From: an uncultured virus (IMG/VR IMGVR_UViG_3300020048_000022)
Taxonomy: Duplodnaviria > Heunggongvirae > Uroviricota > Caudoviricetes
Direction: 5' to 3' (one strand)
Virus record (IMG/VR): IMGVR_UViG_3300020048_000022
Length of the DNA: 64,000 nt
Shown here: piece by piece, positions 1 to 9,431 of the stretch
Position numbering within the stretch: position 1 is the first letter of the stretch
Layout of the letters: every line of letters starts with the position of its first letter
The notes under the pieces: model-generated
Told to the model about the DNA's origin: nothing
Database searches by the model: none
The model's input: the letters and a program-made list of their open reading frames with translations, nothing else
Translations under genes and position numbers: made by a program

Positions 1-26
1 TGCTAAAATGATTAATTTTTTCATAA

Positions 27-533
27 TTAAATGTTTGTTTTGTGTTGTTTATATTCACTAACTAATCTCTCTCTAGCATTCATAATTGAAATGCCTAACC
101 AGTTTGTTCCTTGCCATTTTGATTTATCGTCACAAGCTTCATCATCAAAGTGAAGTCCAATACCCCAAACCTTGTCTAGTGGAGATGCCTCTACCATTTC
201 TTTATTAAGATGTTCTCCTAATAGGATTTTTGATAGACTTGGATTCTGTTTAAACTTTTGATAAGTTCCTTCTGTAACAATATCAATTGCATGTTCATTC
301 CATTTTTCAGAATTGAAGTCTCTTACTTGTCGACCTAGTACTTTTTGTTCCTTGGGATTTCTTGTCCTCATTACTGCATTGGCAACATCTTCATCACCGA
401 ATAACATCGCCTTCTTGTACATCATATATTGTTCTGCGCAGTTGAACTTTTGTCCTTCTGCCTCAAATGGTGATTCAAACCATTGACTATATAATCCGCT
501 CCAAAAAAATACCGATTTATCTGTTTCTCTCAT
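27..533 (-). CDS. NADAR (YbiA-like) family hydrolase
   Basis: Motifs FFW..YSQW, AEQYMM..KA.LFGD, KF.QN..L, VEASP.D..WGIG, G.NWLG..IM..RE typical of NADAR. Confidence 0.9.
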   Translation of the reverse strand: MRETDKSVFFWSGLYSQWFESPFEAEGQKFNCAEQYMMYKKAMLFGDEDVANAVMRTRNPKEQKVLGRQVRDFNSEKWNEHAIDIVTEGTYQKFKQNPSLSKILLGEHLNKEMVEASPLDKVWGIGLHFDDEACDDKSKWQGTNWLGISIMNARERLVSEYKQHKTNI

Positions 534-555
534 TGTGTTTATTTTTATTTTTTAG

Positions 556-653
556 TAGTCAGTGCAGGATTCGAACCTGCGGAATTACCGCTTCCAACCG
601 CTCGGTAATTCACTATTCTTGGGTGTGTGCTTGCGCCATCAAACATACTGACT
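556..653 (-). ncRNA. tRNA-like element with non-canonical anticodon arm
   Basis: Minus strand: acceptor AGTCAGT/ACTGACT+A, T-arm GCAGG-TTCGAAT-CCTGC, D-like stem TGTTT/AAGCA, 8-bp variable stem AATTACCG/CGGTAATT; anticodon stem pairs only 3 bp. Confidence 0.6.
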
Positions 654-655
654 GA

Positions 656-877
656 TTATTTTTTTTGGTGCATTAAAGATTCTAAATAGATTCTTGATTC
701 TGCAATTAATGCTTTCTCACACGAGCCATCTTCATCTTCAGTTAAATTAATAACACCTTCTAATATTATATGATTCACCGACATTTCGAGTATATGCTCA
801 AATGAAGGATCTCTCGAATTAATATAAAGATCGTAATGATCCTTAATAACTTTTTTTTCCTCGTGTGTTAATTCCAT
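656..877 (-). CDS. hypothetical protein between two tRNA-like elements
   Basis: 73-aa ORF with A-rich leader, co-oriented with neighbours. Confidence 0.7.
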   Translation of the reverse strand: MELTHEEKKVIKDHYDLYINSRDPSFEHILEMSVNHIILEGVINLTEDEDGSCEKALIAESRIYLESLMHQKK

Positions 878-892
878 AGAATTTATTTTTTG

Positions 893-995
893 TAGTCAGG
901 ACAGGATCCGACCCTGTGGATCCCCGGACTAGGTACTAGACTACCACCTAAGGACCTCTTTCTAGTTAGCGTTAATCCATCTCCGCCACCTGACT
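893..995 (-). ncRNA. tRNA-like element with degenerate T-loop and expanded anticodon loop
   Basis: Minus strand: acceptor AGTCAGG/CCTGACT+A, TGGCGGA D-arm start, T-arm ACAGG-GTCGGAT-CCTGT, stem ACTAGA/TCTAGT around a 20-nt loop. Confidence 0.55.
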
Positions 996-1007
996 ATAAA
1001 GATCTTT

Positions 1008-1349
1008 TTACAGATCTTTAAACACATTAAACACTTCTGAAATAGGTGTTTCGTTATTGAACACGTGAAGAGTTTCACCGTTCATTGTTCTTGCTCGCAT
1101 TTCAATGCTGATAGTCTCGTGATTGTAATACATTGCGTATTTTCCACTTTGAGCATGAAACCATAGGATGTTCCCCATTCCTCCGTCCTTTACAGACTTA
1201 ACCTCGATATCTCCTTCGGATCTCCAGATTACTGCTCCCATAAGAGCTAAAGAAATTTCTTGTACGCCTTTAGCGTGATGATCGGCTCTACTTAGAACCC
1301 CATTGAAGTACTCTTTCAGCAAATCCGCTGATTGCATTTTAACAGCCAT
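1008..1349 (-). CDS. integron cassette protein VCH_CASS14-like
   Basis: GV.SRADHHA..V.EI.LAL.GAVIWR, N.LWF, Y...YNH....IEMR, G...H.F.N.TP pattern recalled from Vibrio cassette protein Cass14. Confidence 0.75.
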   Translation of the reverse strand: MAVKMQSADLLKEYFNGVLSRADHHAKGVQEISLALMGAVIWRSEGDIEVKSVKDGGMGNILWFHAQSGKYAMYYNHETISIEMRARTMNGETLHVFNNETPISEVFNVFKDL

Positions 1350-1425
1350 AGTTATATTTGTTAATTAATAATAATGTAAATGTATAGATTTCTCTATAAA
1401 GAAAAAAATGATTTCTGTTAAAAAA

Positions 1426-1995
1426 TCATTCCCATATAAAATATGTAGATTTATCTTTTTGGTGTTCTACGTATCCTTCGGGATTGTATTGAGATTCGTC
1501 AAAAGTACATGAGTATTTATGTCCTAGATATCTTGTAGTGAGTCCAGGAAAAGATCCAGATACATCTTCTCTCTTTATTATACCATCAGAGATTAATTGA
1601 TCCTCTCTGACATCAACTCCAAGTTCCTCTTCTATTCCACGAATTAAAGAGTTCAAAGGATCTTCGCCTATTTTCATTTTCTCTGACATTGAAGATTCTT
1701 TCACTCTCGTTCTTTCTCTTCCGTCTTTGAATATTTGTTTCTCCTCTTTTAATTTAAGACCCTTATAGAATATCTCACACATTACGAATTCGATTTCTCT
1801 CACAAGAGTTCCGTTATCTTCGACTAATGAGCATTCTTCAGATTCAATCTCTTTCTCGAGATGCCATATTGTCTTAGCGTAACCCTTTCCCCATTCATCT
1901 ACAGGAATACCATAGCTAATAAGATATGATTTTAAATCGGTATTACTACCAGATTCTAAGCTTTCAAATTGTCTAGAAGAAAGAATGTATTTCAT
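1426..1995 (-). CDS. Nudix-like hydrolase
   Basis: Degenerate Nudix box EKMKIGEDPLNSLIRGIEEELGV; GATATATA upstream. Confidence 0.55.
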   Translation of the reverse strand: MKYILSSRQFESLESGSNTDLKSYLISYGIPVDEWGKGYAKTIWHLEKEIESEECSLVEDNGTLVREIEFVMCEIFYKGLKLKEEKQIFKDGRERTRVKESSMSEKMKIGEDPLNSLIRGIEEELGVDVREDQLISDGIIKREDVSGSFPGLTTRYLGHKYSCTFDESQYNPEGYVEHQKDKSTYFIWE

Positions 1996-2014
1996 ACTCT
2001 ATATATCTTGGAAA

Positions 2015-2614
2015 TTATTCCATTAGTTCAGATATGTAATTACTATATGCTATATTCTTATCTAAGTTTTCAGCTACGTAATCACAGTAATCCTGCATTC
2101 TTTTTAATTCATTGTCAATAACAGGTAAACGATGATGTAAATCTGGATCAGTAATCGGTTCAAATTTAGTATCTAATGAAATTATCTCTTCGTAAGGTAA
2201 TTCAAATTTGGAAAAATCATTGCCTTTATATCTGTATATTCCTCTTCCCGTGATTCTAGAATTTCCAATAAACTCTAAATCCGTTCTATGAGATAGCTCT
2301 GTATCGTAAGGAGATATAACTATAGATTTATTCAGAATCTCCTTGTTCCTTGGAGTTAACTCCATTGGTCTAATTCTTCTTTCCTCTTTCTTATTCTCCA
2401 GTGGATATTTAAAATCAGCAATAAAAGAAGATTTGTCTTTAGATGATTTAGTTTCCTTTATTGTAGATATAACCTCTTGAATTTCTGGAGATTTATATAC
2501 TGGTTTTTTCTTTCTTGATTTAATAATTGATTTTCCTTTATCAAATAAAAATATCATGGTTTTACTTACAAAAAAAGCAGGAGAGGCCTTAATTAAATCT
2601 GTGATCCTATTCAT
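2015..2614 (-). CDS. hypothetical protein
   Basis: 199-aa ORF, co-oriented. Confidence 0.65.
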   Translation of the reverse strand: MNRITDLIKASPAFFVSKTMIFLFDKGKSIIKSRKKKPVYKSPEIQEVISTIKETKSSKDKSSFIADFKYPLENKKEERRIRPMELTPRNKEILNKSIVISPYDTELSHRTDLEFIGNSRITGRGIYRYKGNDFSKFELPYEEIISLDTKFEPITDPDLHHRLPVIDNELKRMQDYCDYVAENLDKNIAYSNYISELME

Positions 2615-2676
2615 TCTTTCGAGTCTTTAACGGATTATTATTTTACCATTATACAGGCTCAAAAAATATTTGTTTC

Positions 2677-3171
2677 CTATTTAGAATAATTAGATCTTGC
2701 TTTTTCCCATATTTTACCAAGATGACTTTGTCCTATCCAAGCTCCGTCTTCAATTAGAGCACCCCAGAATAAATTACTTCCTCTTTTACCACGAGAAGCA
2801 ACATCTTCATATATTGGAAGATCCGCTGTTTTTAATAACTCTTTTAAAAGATCAGGATGCTGTGCTATTTTCAGTTCTATACAAAGCTCCATATTTTTTA
2901 AATCTTCAGAAGATAAAGGGATAACTGAAATCTTGCTAGAGTCACCAGAATCTTTAAGACGATTCATTATACCTTTAGCTTTCAATTTAGCACCCATAGG
3001 ACTTTTCTCGTCGCGTATCTCTTTCTGAATCGAAGGATCATTAAAACGTAAAGCTTGAAATAGAGCTTCTGTAGTTCGCCAAACCTCGCCGTTGTATGTT
3101 ACAGGATGTGGAGACATATTACCTAACCATCCATAAGGTAAAGCAACTTTTGTAAATGATATATACTTCAT
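2677..3171 (-). CDS. NADAR family hydrolase (second, divergent copy)
   Basis: YGWLGNM, W.TTEALFQA.RF, K..QHPDL...L..T, FWG, G...LG..W; start moved to MKYISF just downstream of the promoter at 3190-3228. Confidence 0.85.
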   Translation of the reverse strand: MKYISFTKVALPYGWLGNMSPHPVTYNGEVWRTTEALFQALRFNDPSIQKEIRDEKSPMGAKLKAKGIMNRLKDSGDSSKISVIPLSSEDLKNMELCIELKIAQHPDLLKELLKTADLPIYEDVASRGKRGSNLFWGALIEDGAWIGQSHLGKIWEKARSNYSK

Positions 3172-3229
3172 ATTAACAGATTTTATATAGCAAATATAGA
3201 ATATACTAGAAGAATAAAAAAACGATTTC

Positions 3230-4666
3230 ATGATTCATTTAAAATCATTTATAAATTTTATTAACGAAGGTGCTTGGTACGTGGGAAATGAAGAAGATCC
3301 TGAAAGTATTAGAGCTTTTATTTCTTTACAAAACGATTTTAATAATCCCAACGAATTATTAAAAACCCCGCCGTTAACAGGTAAAAATTACTCTGTTGAA
3401 GGACTTGGAAATATTAAAGTATATTACGGATTATACCCTCTTACCCCTTATTCAGGAACAAGAGGAGCAAACGGTGATCATGAATCTCAAAGAGCTAAGA
3501 AATACATCATGGATAATCTTAAAAAGGGAAATCCTAATATTGTTTCAATGGCTCCTGATGAAACATTAGAAAATTTTATAGAAAAAACGTTCATTAATAA
3601 TTTATCGTCTAATAGAGTAGATTATATAGTTAAGGTTGGTACATCACAAGGTCTGGTGGAAAAAATGGGTAAATCCTTATCTATTTTATATCCAGATTCT
3701 GAAGTTATAGATCTAACGAAGATAGATTATTTCAGTGCGGATGATGCAATAGATAAAGAAGCTTTAGAAAGATCTATAAAAAGAGAAATGAATAAACCCA
3801 GATATGCTGATAAGGAAAAGACAATCAAGATTGAAGGATACTCTTCTACAAAACCTCTCGTTGAAGACTGGGCAAAAAGAATAACAAAAAGTCTTAGAGA
3901 CAGAATAGAAGGCGGTGAGGAAAATCCATCATTCAAGATAAAATCTACAGGTATTAAAGGAAGTGTAAGATCCGCTCTTAGACCTAAATATAATACAGCA
4001 ACAGAGGAATTTGTTAATGCTGTAGTGCATTGTGTATTTGGAGATGAAAATGGAGATACGGGAAAGATGGTTATAATAGATGATAATAGCCAGGAGTTCA
4101 TAGATTTTAGAAATATATCAAATAAAATAGTAGAGATTCTTGCAGGAATAATAGACGTCACTTCTAACAAAGCACAAAAGGCTTTATTGGCTAGCAATAT
4201 ATTTGATGGCATTAAAGATAATTATAAAAAACATCTTGCTATCAGAGGAGCGGAGGATTATCTTGGAGATATAATGCCAGATATTAGCGATGAAAAAATT
4301 AAAAAAAGAATAGAAAATAATATAGCAGGATACGTTCTATATACTTTTAACAGCAAAATATCATATCATAAATATTCTACTAAAACGGACAAAGAAGGGA
4401 ATAAGGTAAAGAAATTGGTTAAGACGTTTGATAATAAATTTACTAAAGCACAAAGATTAGCTTTAGGTAAATTAGTATTTGATTTAATTAGTGCTGTTAG
4501 AATAAGAGTACCAATGTATAGATTTATAGAAGCTTCTCAGCCTTATGCTATAGAGAGGATTAATAGGGATAAAAACGTGGGATCTGAAGCAGAACTAAAA
4601 AAAATGTACAAAGAATATCTAATCGCAAATAAGATAGATAATAATACAAACTGGACAGGAAGATAA
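3230..4666 (+). CDS. hypothetical protein with KSF..FINE N-terminus; possible degenerate PRTase-like motif
   Basis: 478-aa ORF; MVIIDDN only weakly resembles a PRTase loop. Confidence 0.6.
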   Translation: MIHLKSFINFINEGAWYVGNEEDPESIRAFISLQNDFNNPNELLKTPPLTGKNYSVEGLGNIKVYYGLYPLTPYSGTRGANGDHESQRAKKYIMDNLKKGNPNIVSMAPDETLENFIEKTFINNLSSNRVDYIVKVGTSQGLVEKMGKSLSILYPDSEVIDLTKIDYFSADDAIDKEALERSIKREMNKPRYADKEKTIKIEGYSSTKPLVEDWAKRITKSLRDRIEGGEENPSFKIKSTGIKGSVRSALRPKYNTATEEFVNAVVHCVFGDENGDTGKMVIIDDNSQEFIDFRNISNKIVEILAGIIDVTSNKAQKALLASNIFDGIKDNYKKHLAIRGAEDYLGDIMPDISDEKIKKRIENNIAGYVLYTFNSKISYHKYSTKTDKEGNKVKKLVKTFDNKFTKAQRLALGKLVFDLISAVRIRVPMYRFIEASQPYAIERINRDKNVGSEAELKKMYKEYLIANKIDNNTNWTGR

Positions 4667-4667
4667 T

Positions 4668-5075
4668 ATGATACACTTAATACTTTTTGAAAATTTCTTT
4701 AATGAGAAAGAGCCTACACCAATATCAATAGGAGGTATAGAATCTATGATATCTAAAAAAGGTAAAATGCCTTTTATTGTAGCAGTAGATCCTAATATAG
4801 AAGCAGAATACATTTCTGCAGGATCTAATGGATGGCAAGAACCCGGATCTATTACTATGGCAAGAGTTAATGACCTATCTAAGATATTAAACAAACAAAT
4901 AGTAATAAGTCCGAAAGGATATAATATAAGAGAAAGGCCTACAGTTATTCTAGTATCAACTAGGGACTTCTCTAAGCTTCCAGAAAGAGTTTTGAATAAT
5001 TCTTATTCATTCATTGTGGATTCTCCACTTTATGGAATAATCACTAATGGAATAGATTACTATAAATTGAAATAA
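4668..5075 (+). CDS. hypothetical protein with LFENFFNE N-terminus
   Basis: 135-aa ORF abutting the previous gene. Confidence 0.7.
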   Translation: MIHLILFENFFNEKEPTPISIGGIESMISKKGKMPFIVAVDPNIEAEYISAGSNGWQEPGSITMARVNDLSKILNKQIVISPKGYNIRERPTVILVSTRDFSKLPERVLNNSYSFIVDSPLYGIITNGIDYYKLK

Positions 5076-5351
5076 TCAATCTACAAATTTAGCGTCAATT
5101 ATTAGAACATCTCCAACGATTATATGAGGGAGATTATTACTTTGTAGAAAAGTTGTAGCGGAAGTATTTAATCCAAGACCATCGATCTTACCTTCTTCAT
5201 TAACAACCATTATCATGTTATTAGGAAGGCGAATGAATTCAATGTATCCCTTAACACAATCTTGCATTTCTTTCAATGCCACGGTCTTACCAGAAAATTC
5301 TATTTTTTCTGGTTTACCTGAGCACTTTACTAAAAGTCCGTGAGCTTTCAT
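5076..5351 (-). CDS. DUF3846-like protein
   Basis: L.EMQ..V.GYIE, M.VNEEGK...L..N..AT, IVGDVLI. Confidence 0.75.
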   Translation of the reverse strand: MKAHGLLVKCSGKPEKIEFSGKTVALKEMQDCVKGYIEFIRLPNNMIMVVNEEGKIDGLGLNTSATTFLQSNNLPHIIVGDVLIIDAKFVD

Positions 5352-5352
5352 A

Positions 5353-5520
5353 TTAAGATTGTTTTTGTATTACCACTGCAAATTCTCCTTTTATCTCATT
5401 CCAGTTATCTCCAGTAACTGATACTTTCTGTGGGGTAACTGAAATGATTTCCCATCCCCTATCTAGCCATTCATTTACTGACCTTTCATTATTGACTATT
5501 AAAAATTTTTGCTCTTTCAT
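5353..5520 (-). CDS. small protein, DUF4177-like (55 aa, not in ORF track)
   Basis: Hand translation MKEQKFLIVNNERSVNEWLDRGWEIISVT...; fills the gap between co-oriented genes exactly. Confidence 0.65.
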   Translation of the reverse strand: MKEQKFLIVNNERSVNEWLDRGWEIISVTPQKVSVTGDNWNEIKGEFAVVIQKQS

Positions 5521-5521
5521 A

Positions 5522-6157
5522 TTAATTTAGATTATTAAGAATTGGATATTTTTTTATAAGATTCTCCTGCTCTGCACCAACTATTGCATCAGCATCAGGA
5601 GATTCTATTCCTTTAAGGGATCTTTTAATAATAAGGGATTCAACTTTGTCAATATAATCCGGATTTAGACAAGATATCATAATCAAAATTGCAATCACAT
5701 TTAGCATTTTTGAAATCTCCTCATAATCATTTAGATCATCTTCTCCTCTCAATCCCATTATAAATTCAGGATCGAATGTGTTTGAAACAAATGCTTGTAA
5801 ATTATTGAAAGGAACTGGTGGAAGTCCATCATATAATTTTTTGATATCATCCTCCACATTATTGATATTGCTGTATTTCTGACTTATTCCGCTAGACTTA
5901 CCAAAATCAATATCTGGATTTTTCACCTTGCTGGTTACATTTTCAGTGTACCAATTCCACATCTCCTCGAAAACATCATCAAATTCAAGCATTAATTCAT
6001 TAAGCTCAGTGGTATTACACATATAAAGTGTTGCTCCAAGTTTAATCATATTACCGATCCTTCGATCTTTCTCCGTTTCTAAAAAATTATCACCGATAGC
6101 AAAAAATTCAGTACCTAAAAATAATCTGCCTTTTTGTTTTTTACTCCGCTCTGTCAT
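5522..6157 (-). CDS. hypothetical protein
   Basis: 211-aa ORF with class-I promoter at about 6181-6217. Confidence 0.75.
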   Translation of the reverse strand: MTERSKKQKGRLFLGTEFFAIGDNFLETEKDRRIGNMIKLGATLYMCNTTELNELMLEFDDVFEEMWNWYTENVTSKVKNPDIDFGKSSGISQKYSNINNVEDDIKKLYDGLPPVPFNNLQAFVSNTFDPEFIMGLRGEDDLNDYEEISKMLNVIAILIMISCLNPDYIDKVESLIIKRSLKGIESPDADAIVGAEQENLIKKYPILNNLN

Positions 6158-6219
6158 GGTTTTTAATTTTAATTATTACTCAAATCTATATAGAATAAAC
6201 CATATAAAAAAATGATTCC

Positions 6220-6408
6220 TTATGACATGAAGTTTTTCACCATCTGATAAATCATTTTATAGACTTTTATAGAAGCCCAGATTCCAAAATAGATCAATGC
6301 TATAAGAAGGATTATGCTCATAACAAATGGACTGTTTAGTACATAAATAACTAAACCTATAAGTGCTAATAAGATTAATGCGGATACTACGTGTTGTTTC
6401 ATTTTCAT
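6220..6408 (-). CDS. small membrane protein
   Basis: Two hydrophobic segments. Confidence 0.65.
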   Translation of the reverse strand: MKMKQHVVSALILLALIGLVIYVLNSPFVMSIILLIALIYFGIWASIKVYKMIYQMVKNFMS

Positions 6409-6773
6409 TGGTTTAAATAATTAACTATACATTTTGCTGTTGTGTAATTTGTTGCTAGAGGAATATCATGTACGTTACATAATCTTGTTAGCATTTGAAC
6501 ATCAACCTCGTGAGGATGAGAAAATAGTGGATCAATAAAAAATAGTACAGCATCTATATTACCTTCAACTAATCTAGCAGCTATTTGAGCATCACCTCCC
6601 ATAGGACCAGACAGAAGACACTCGACATCTAATCCTGCATCTTCAATGTGTTTTCCTGTGGTTCCTGTTGCGTATATAACTACATCAGATCTTTTAAAGA
6701 AATCCATATTCTTCATAACAAAAGAAACCATATTGGGTTTCTTATTGTCGTGTGCTATCACTGCTACATTCAT
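6405..6773 (-). CDS. mgsA: methylglyoxal synthase
   Basis: IAHDNKK, ATGTTG, SGPMGGDAQI, FF.DP...HPHEVD...L.RLCNVHDIPLATN. Confidence 0.95.
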   Translation of the reverse strand: MNVAVIAHDNKKPNMVSFVMKNMDFFKRSDVVIYATGTTGKHIEDAGLDVECLLSGPMGGDAQIAARLVEGNIDAVLFFIDPLFSHPHEVDVQMLTRLCNVHDIPLATNYTTAKCIVNYLNQ

Positions 6774-6917
6774 ACTAATTCTCTACTATAAAGATTCGCT
6801 AATATCATTCTTGCTAACTTAAAATCTTTAGCGTTATTTAATTTAAGTCCGAAAGCAGAAGCAACACTTTTTAAATGTGGTAATGCCTCGCTGATTGTCA
6901 TTTTTCCTATTTCCATT

Positions 6918-7376
6918 TTATTCTTTATTTAATCTTTCAAAATTTCTAGTTACCCCTACTAAATCATACTCATCTAAGCATCTCCATGAATTAGAATACA
7001 ATATTCTATTATATCCTATCTCGTCTACTCTTTTGTAATATTCTAATGCTTCGTCGTCAATAATAAGGAATCGTGTATACCCCATTTCTTTCATTTTAAT
7101 GACGTATCCTGCACGATCATCGCAATCACCAATGGTAAGATTGTTAACTATAATACCACGGCTTAAAAGGAACTTTTTGAACTCATCTGGGTCTTTTCCT
7201 CTTCCCCAAGTTGACACAATACAAATATCCGCATCAAACATTGTGATTATAGTATTTAGCACATTAACTGCTTCGTGAACAAATGAATGCTTCCCGTCTT
7301 CGTGTCGATCTTTCAATTTTAAGTATGAGACTAAAACACCATCAATGTCCAAATATATTACAAAAGGCTTATTCAT
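6918..7376 (-). CDS. HAD-superfamily protein (Swiss-army-knife RNA-repair type)
   Basis: IYLDIDGVL, IVSTW, FLIIDD motifs. Confidence 0.75.
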   Translation of the reverse strand: MNKPFVIYLDIDGVLVSYLKLKDRHEDGKHSFVHEAVNVLNTIITMFDADICIVSTWGRGKDPDEFKKFLLSRGIIVNNLTIGDCDDRAGYVIKMKEMGYTRFLIIDDEALEYYKRVDEIGYNRILYSNSWRCLDEYDLVGVTRNFERLNKE

Positions 7377-7431
7377 ATTTTGTAAAGGTATAGATTAATC
7401 CAAAAAGAAAAAAATGATTCATATATAACTT

Positions 7432-7866
7432 ATGATTAAATATTTTGCATACGGGTCTAATATGGATATGTCTAGGCTATCTACTAGAGGTGTAAATCCA
7501 ATAACAAGAAACAAAGGCACTTTAAAAAATTGGAAATTAAAATTCAATAAGAAGGCATCTGCAGGAGATTGGAGCTTCGCTAATATAGAGCCTTCAGAAG
7601 GCGATACAGTAGAGGGATTAGTTTTTACTATTAAGGAAAGTGATCTTAAATTATTGGATAAATTCGAAGGAGCACCGAGACATTATAGGAGAGAAATTTT
7701 AATAGTCGAGACACACACAGAGACTGTTAAATGTGTGGCTTATATAGCACAACCAGAACATATAGTGGAAGATCTACTACCAACAAAAGAATATATGGGA
7801 TTTTTATTAAATGGTGCTAAGATGCTTTCTGATGGATATCAAGAAATGCTAAATTCAGTTTTATAA
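7432..7866 (+). CDS. gamma-glutamylcyclotransferase family protein
   Basis: YFAYGSNM, ANI.P..G..VEG, LDKFEG...Y, P..EY. Confidence 0.9.
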   Translation: MIKYFAYGSNMDMSRLSTRGVNPITRNKGTLKNWKLKFNKKASAGDWSFANIEPSEGDTVEGLVFTIKESDLKLLDKFEGAPRHYRREILIVETHTETVKCVAYIAQPEHIVEDLLPTKEYMGFLLNGAKMLSDGYQEMLNSVL

Positions 7867-9423
7867 TCCAAATCTTGTTTTATTAGAATTCCAAATTGAT
7901 GAGATTTCATTTGTATCTAAAGCTTTATCGTAAATATCAACCTTAGATAAATAACCCTCCCAATAATCAGATAAATCCCATCGTTCCATTAATCTTATAC
8001 CAGCACCTGATGATGTTGGGGTTCCTGTATAATTAGTGCTATCAACCAAAATATTATTAACATATAATTTAATAGTTGAGCCATCATAAGTTCCGACAAT
8101 ATAATACCAATTATCCGGAGTTAACGAATAACCGTCAGTAACTCTCCATCCACCATCAAAGAATCCTGAACTAAACGGGCCATTATTTTTACCAAGTGAA
8201 TAATTCAAACTTCCCCCAATAAATGTTTCAGTTACTATACAAGGTGCACTACCACTTTCCTCTCCTGCATAATAATGCCAAACCCCAACTGACCATGTAT
8301 TTAAACTAGGTAAGCTTGAACTACATATTGCATATTGTGATGATGCAGAAAGAAATTTAAAAGTTCCCCCTACCACGTTCGATCTCCAAGAAGGTGAATT
8401 GATTAATGTAAATTGTTTTCCTCCAACAGAATCAATCCAAGGTCCTGTTCCCGAATAATCAGCAGCATCCAAAGATAGAACGGAAGCGACAGAATCATTA
8501 TAGCTTGTCCAATATCCATTGGTGTTTAGCCAAGTTTTTGCATCAGCTCCTGTTGAAAAGCTTTGGAAAAAAACGGAATTAACCAAACTAATAAATGATC
8601 CCTCGGTCAAAGCATCGGATCTACTAAATCCAACAGAAGCTCCTAGGTTACCGCCTAATAATGTATAGCCCTCAGGAACTCCGTATGTTGCTGTGTTTTG
8701 TATAGTCATTGTGCCTTCATATCCTGGGCATAATACAGGATAAAAACGACCCCCAATAATCTCAATACTTCCAGAATTTGTAGATGGGCCTTCAGCAGGG
8801 TTATCGTTCCAATCACCTCCATTAACTCTTACCCACATACCATTGATAGTGTTATCAATAGCAATGTCAATAATATCACCATTTCCAAAAGATTGTAAAT
8901 CTGGAACATATACAACTCCGTTATACCATATATTACCGTCACTACCATATCCCACACTATAACCATCATTTCCAGGAAATGCTCCGTAAGGATTTCCTTG
9001 GTAAAACATAGATCTTGTCCCGATTCCAACGAAATGACTTCCTGGTAATGCTGGTGGATCAGCTAATGATACAGAAACGCTAAACAGCACTTTAGATCTA
9101 CTATCTAATACGGTATCGCACAGAACAGACATTTGATATCCGAATTGTTGATAAGCAGTCTGATTCGAATTACTTAAATTAATATCAACGCCTTTATAAG
9201 TTGTACTACATTGAAGATTACCAGAAAAGAATTGTGTAGGTTGTGTGTCAGAAGAAATTGGTTTACATATAACATATCCCAATTCTTCATCAGGACCATT
9301 CCACCATTCTAATCCAGTAGATTCAAATCCACTAGTTGGCCATCCAATAGCTATATCACCAACCTGCTCTGTTCCAGCTATAAGTGATTCTGTGTTATAT
9401 GCAAAAGGTCTAGATGCCGACAT
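7861..9423 (-). CDS. SPRY-like plus LamG (ConA-like) domain protein, probable virion or adhesin protein
   Basis: GDIIDIAID...MWVRVNG (SPRY-like); LDAADY.G.G.W.D, WYYIVGTYDGSTIKLYVN, IYDKAL...EI...WN..K.RFGL (LamG). Confidence 0.8.
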   Translation of the reverse strand: MSASRPFAYNTESLIAGTEQVGDIAIGWPTSGFESTGLEWWNGPDEELGYVICKPISSDTQPTQFFSGNLQCSTTYKGVDINLSNSNQTAYQQFGYQMSVLCDTVLDSRSKVLFSVSVSLADPPALPGSHFVGIGTRSMFYQGNPYGAFPGNDGYSVGYGSDGNIWYNGVVYVPDLQSFGNGDIIDIAIDNTINGMWVRVNGGDWNDNPAEGPSTNSGSIEIIGGRFYPVLCPGYEGTMTIQNTATYGVPEGYTLLGGNLGASVGFSRSDALTEGSFISLVNSVFFQSFSTGADAKTWLNTNGYWTSYNDSVASVLSLDAADYSGTGPWIDSVGGKQFTLINSPSWRSNVVGGTFKFLSASSQYAICSSSLPSLNTWSVGVWHYYAGEESGSAPCIVTETFIGGSLNYSLGKNNGPFSSGFFDGGWRVTDGYSLTPDNWYYIVGTYDGSTIKLYVNNILVDSTNYTGTPTSSGAGIRLMERWDLSDYWEGYLSKVDIYDKALDTNEISSIWNSNKTRFGL

Positions 9424-9431
9424 TTATTAAA

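Noticed and set aside
467..655. Plus-strand 62-aa ORF
   Set aside because: Antisense to the NADAR start and the tRNA-like element; no expression signals.
3230..4666. Phosphoribosyltransferase assignment
   Set aside because: Only a VIIDD fragment matches; the following TG.T loop is missing.
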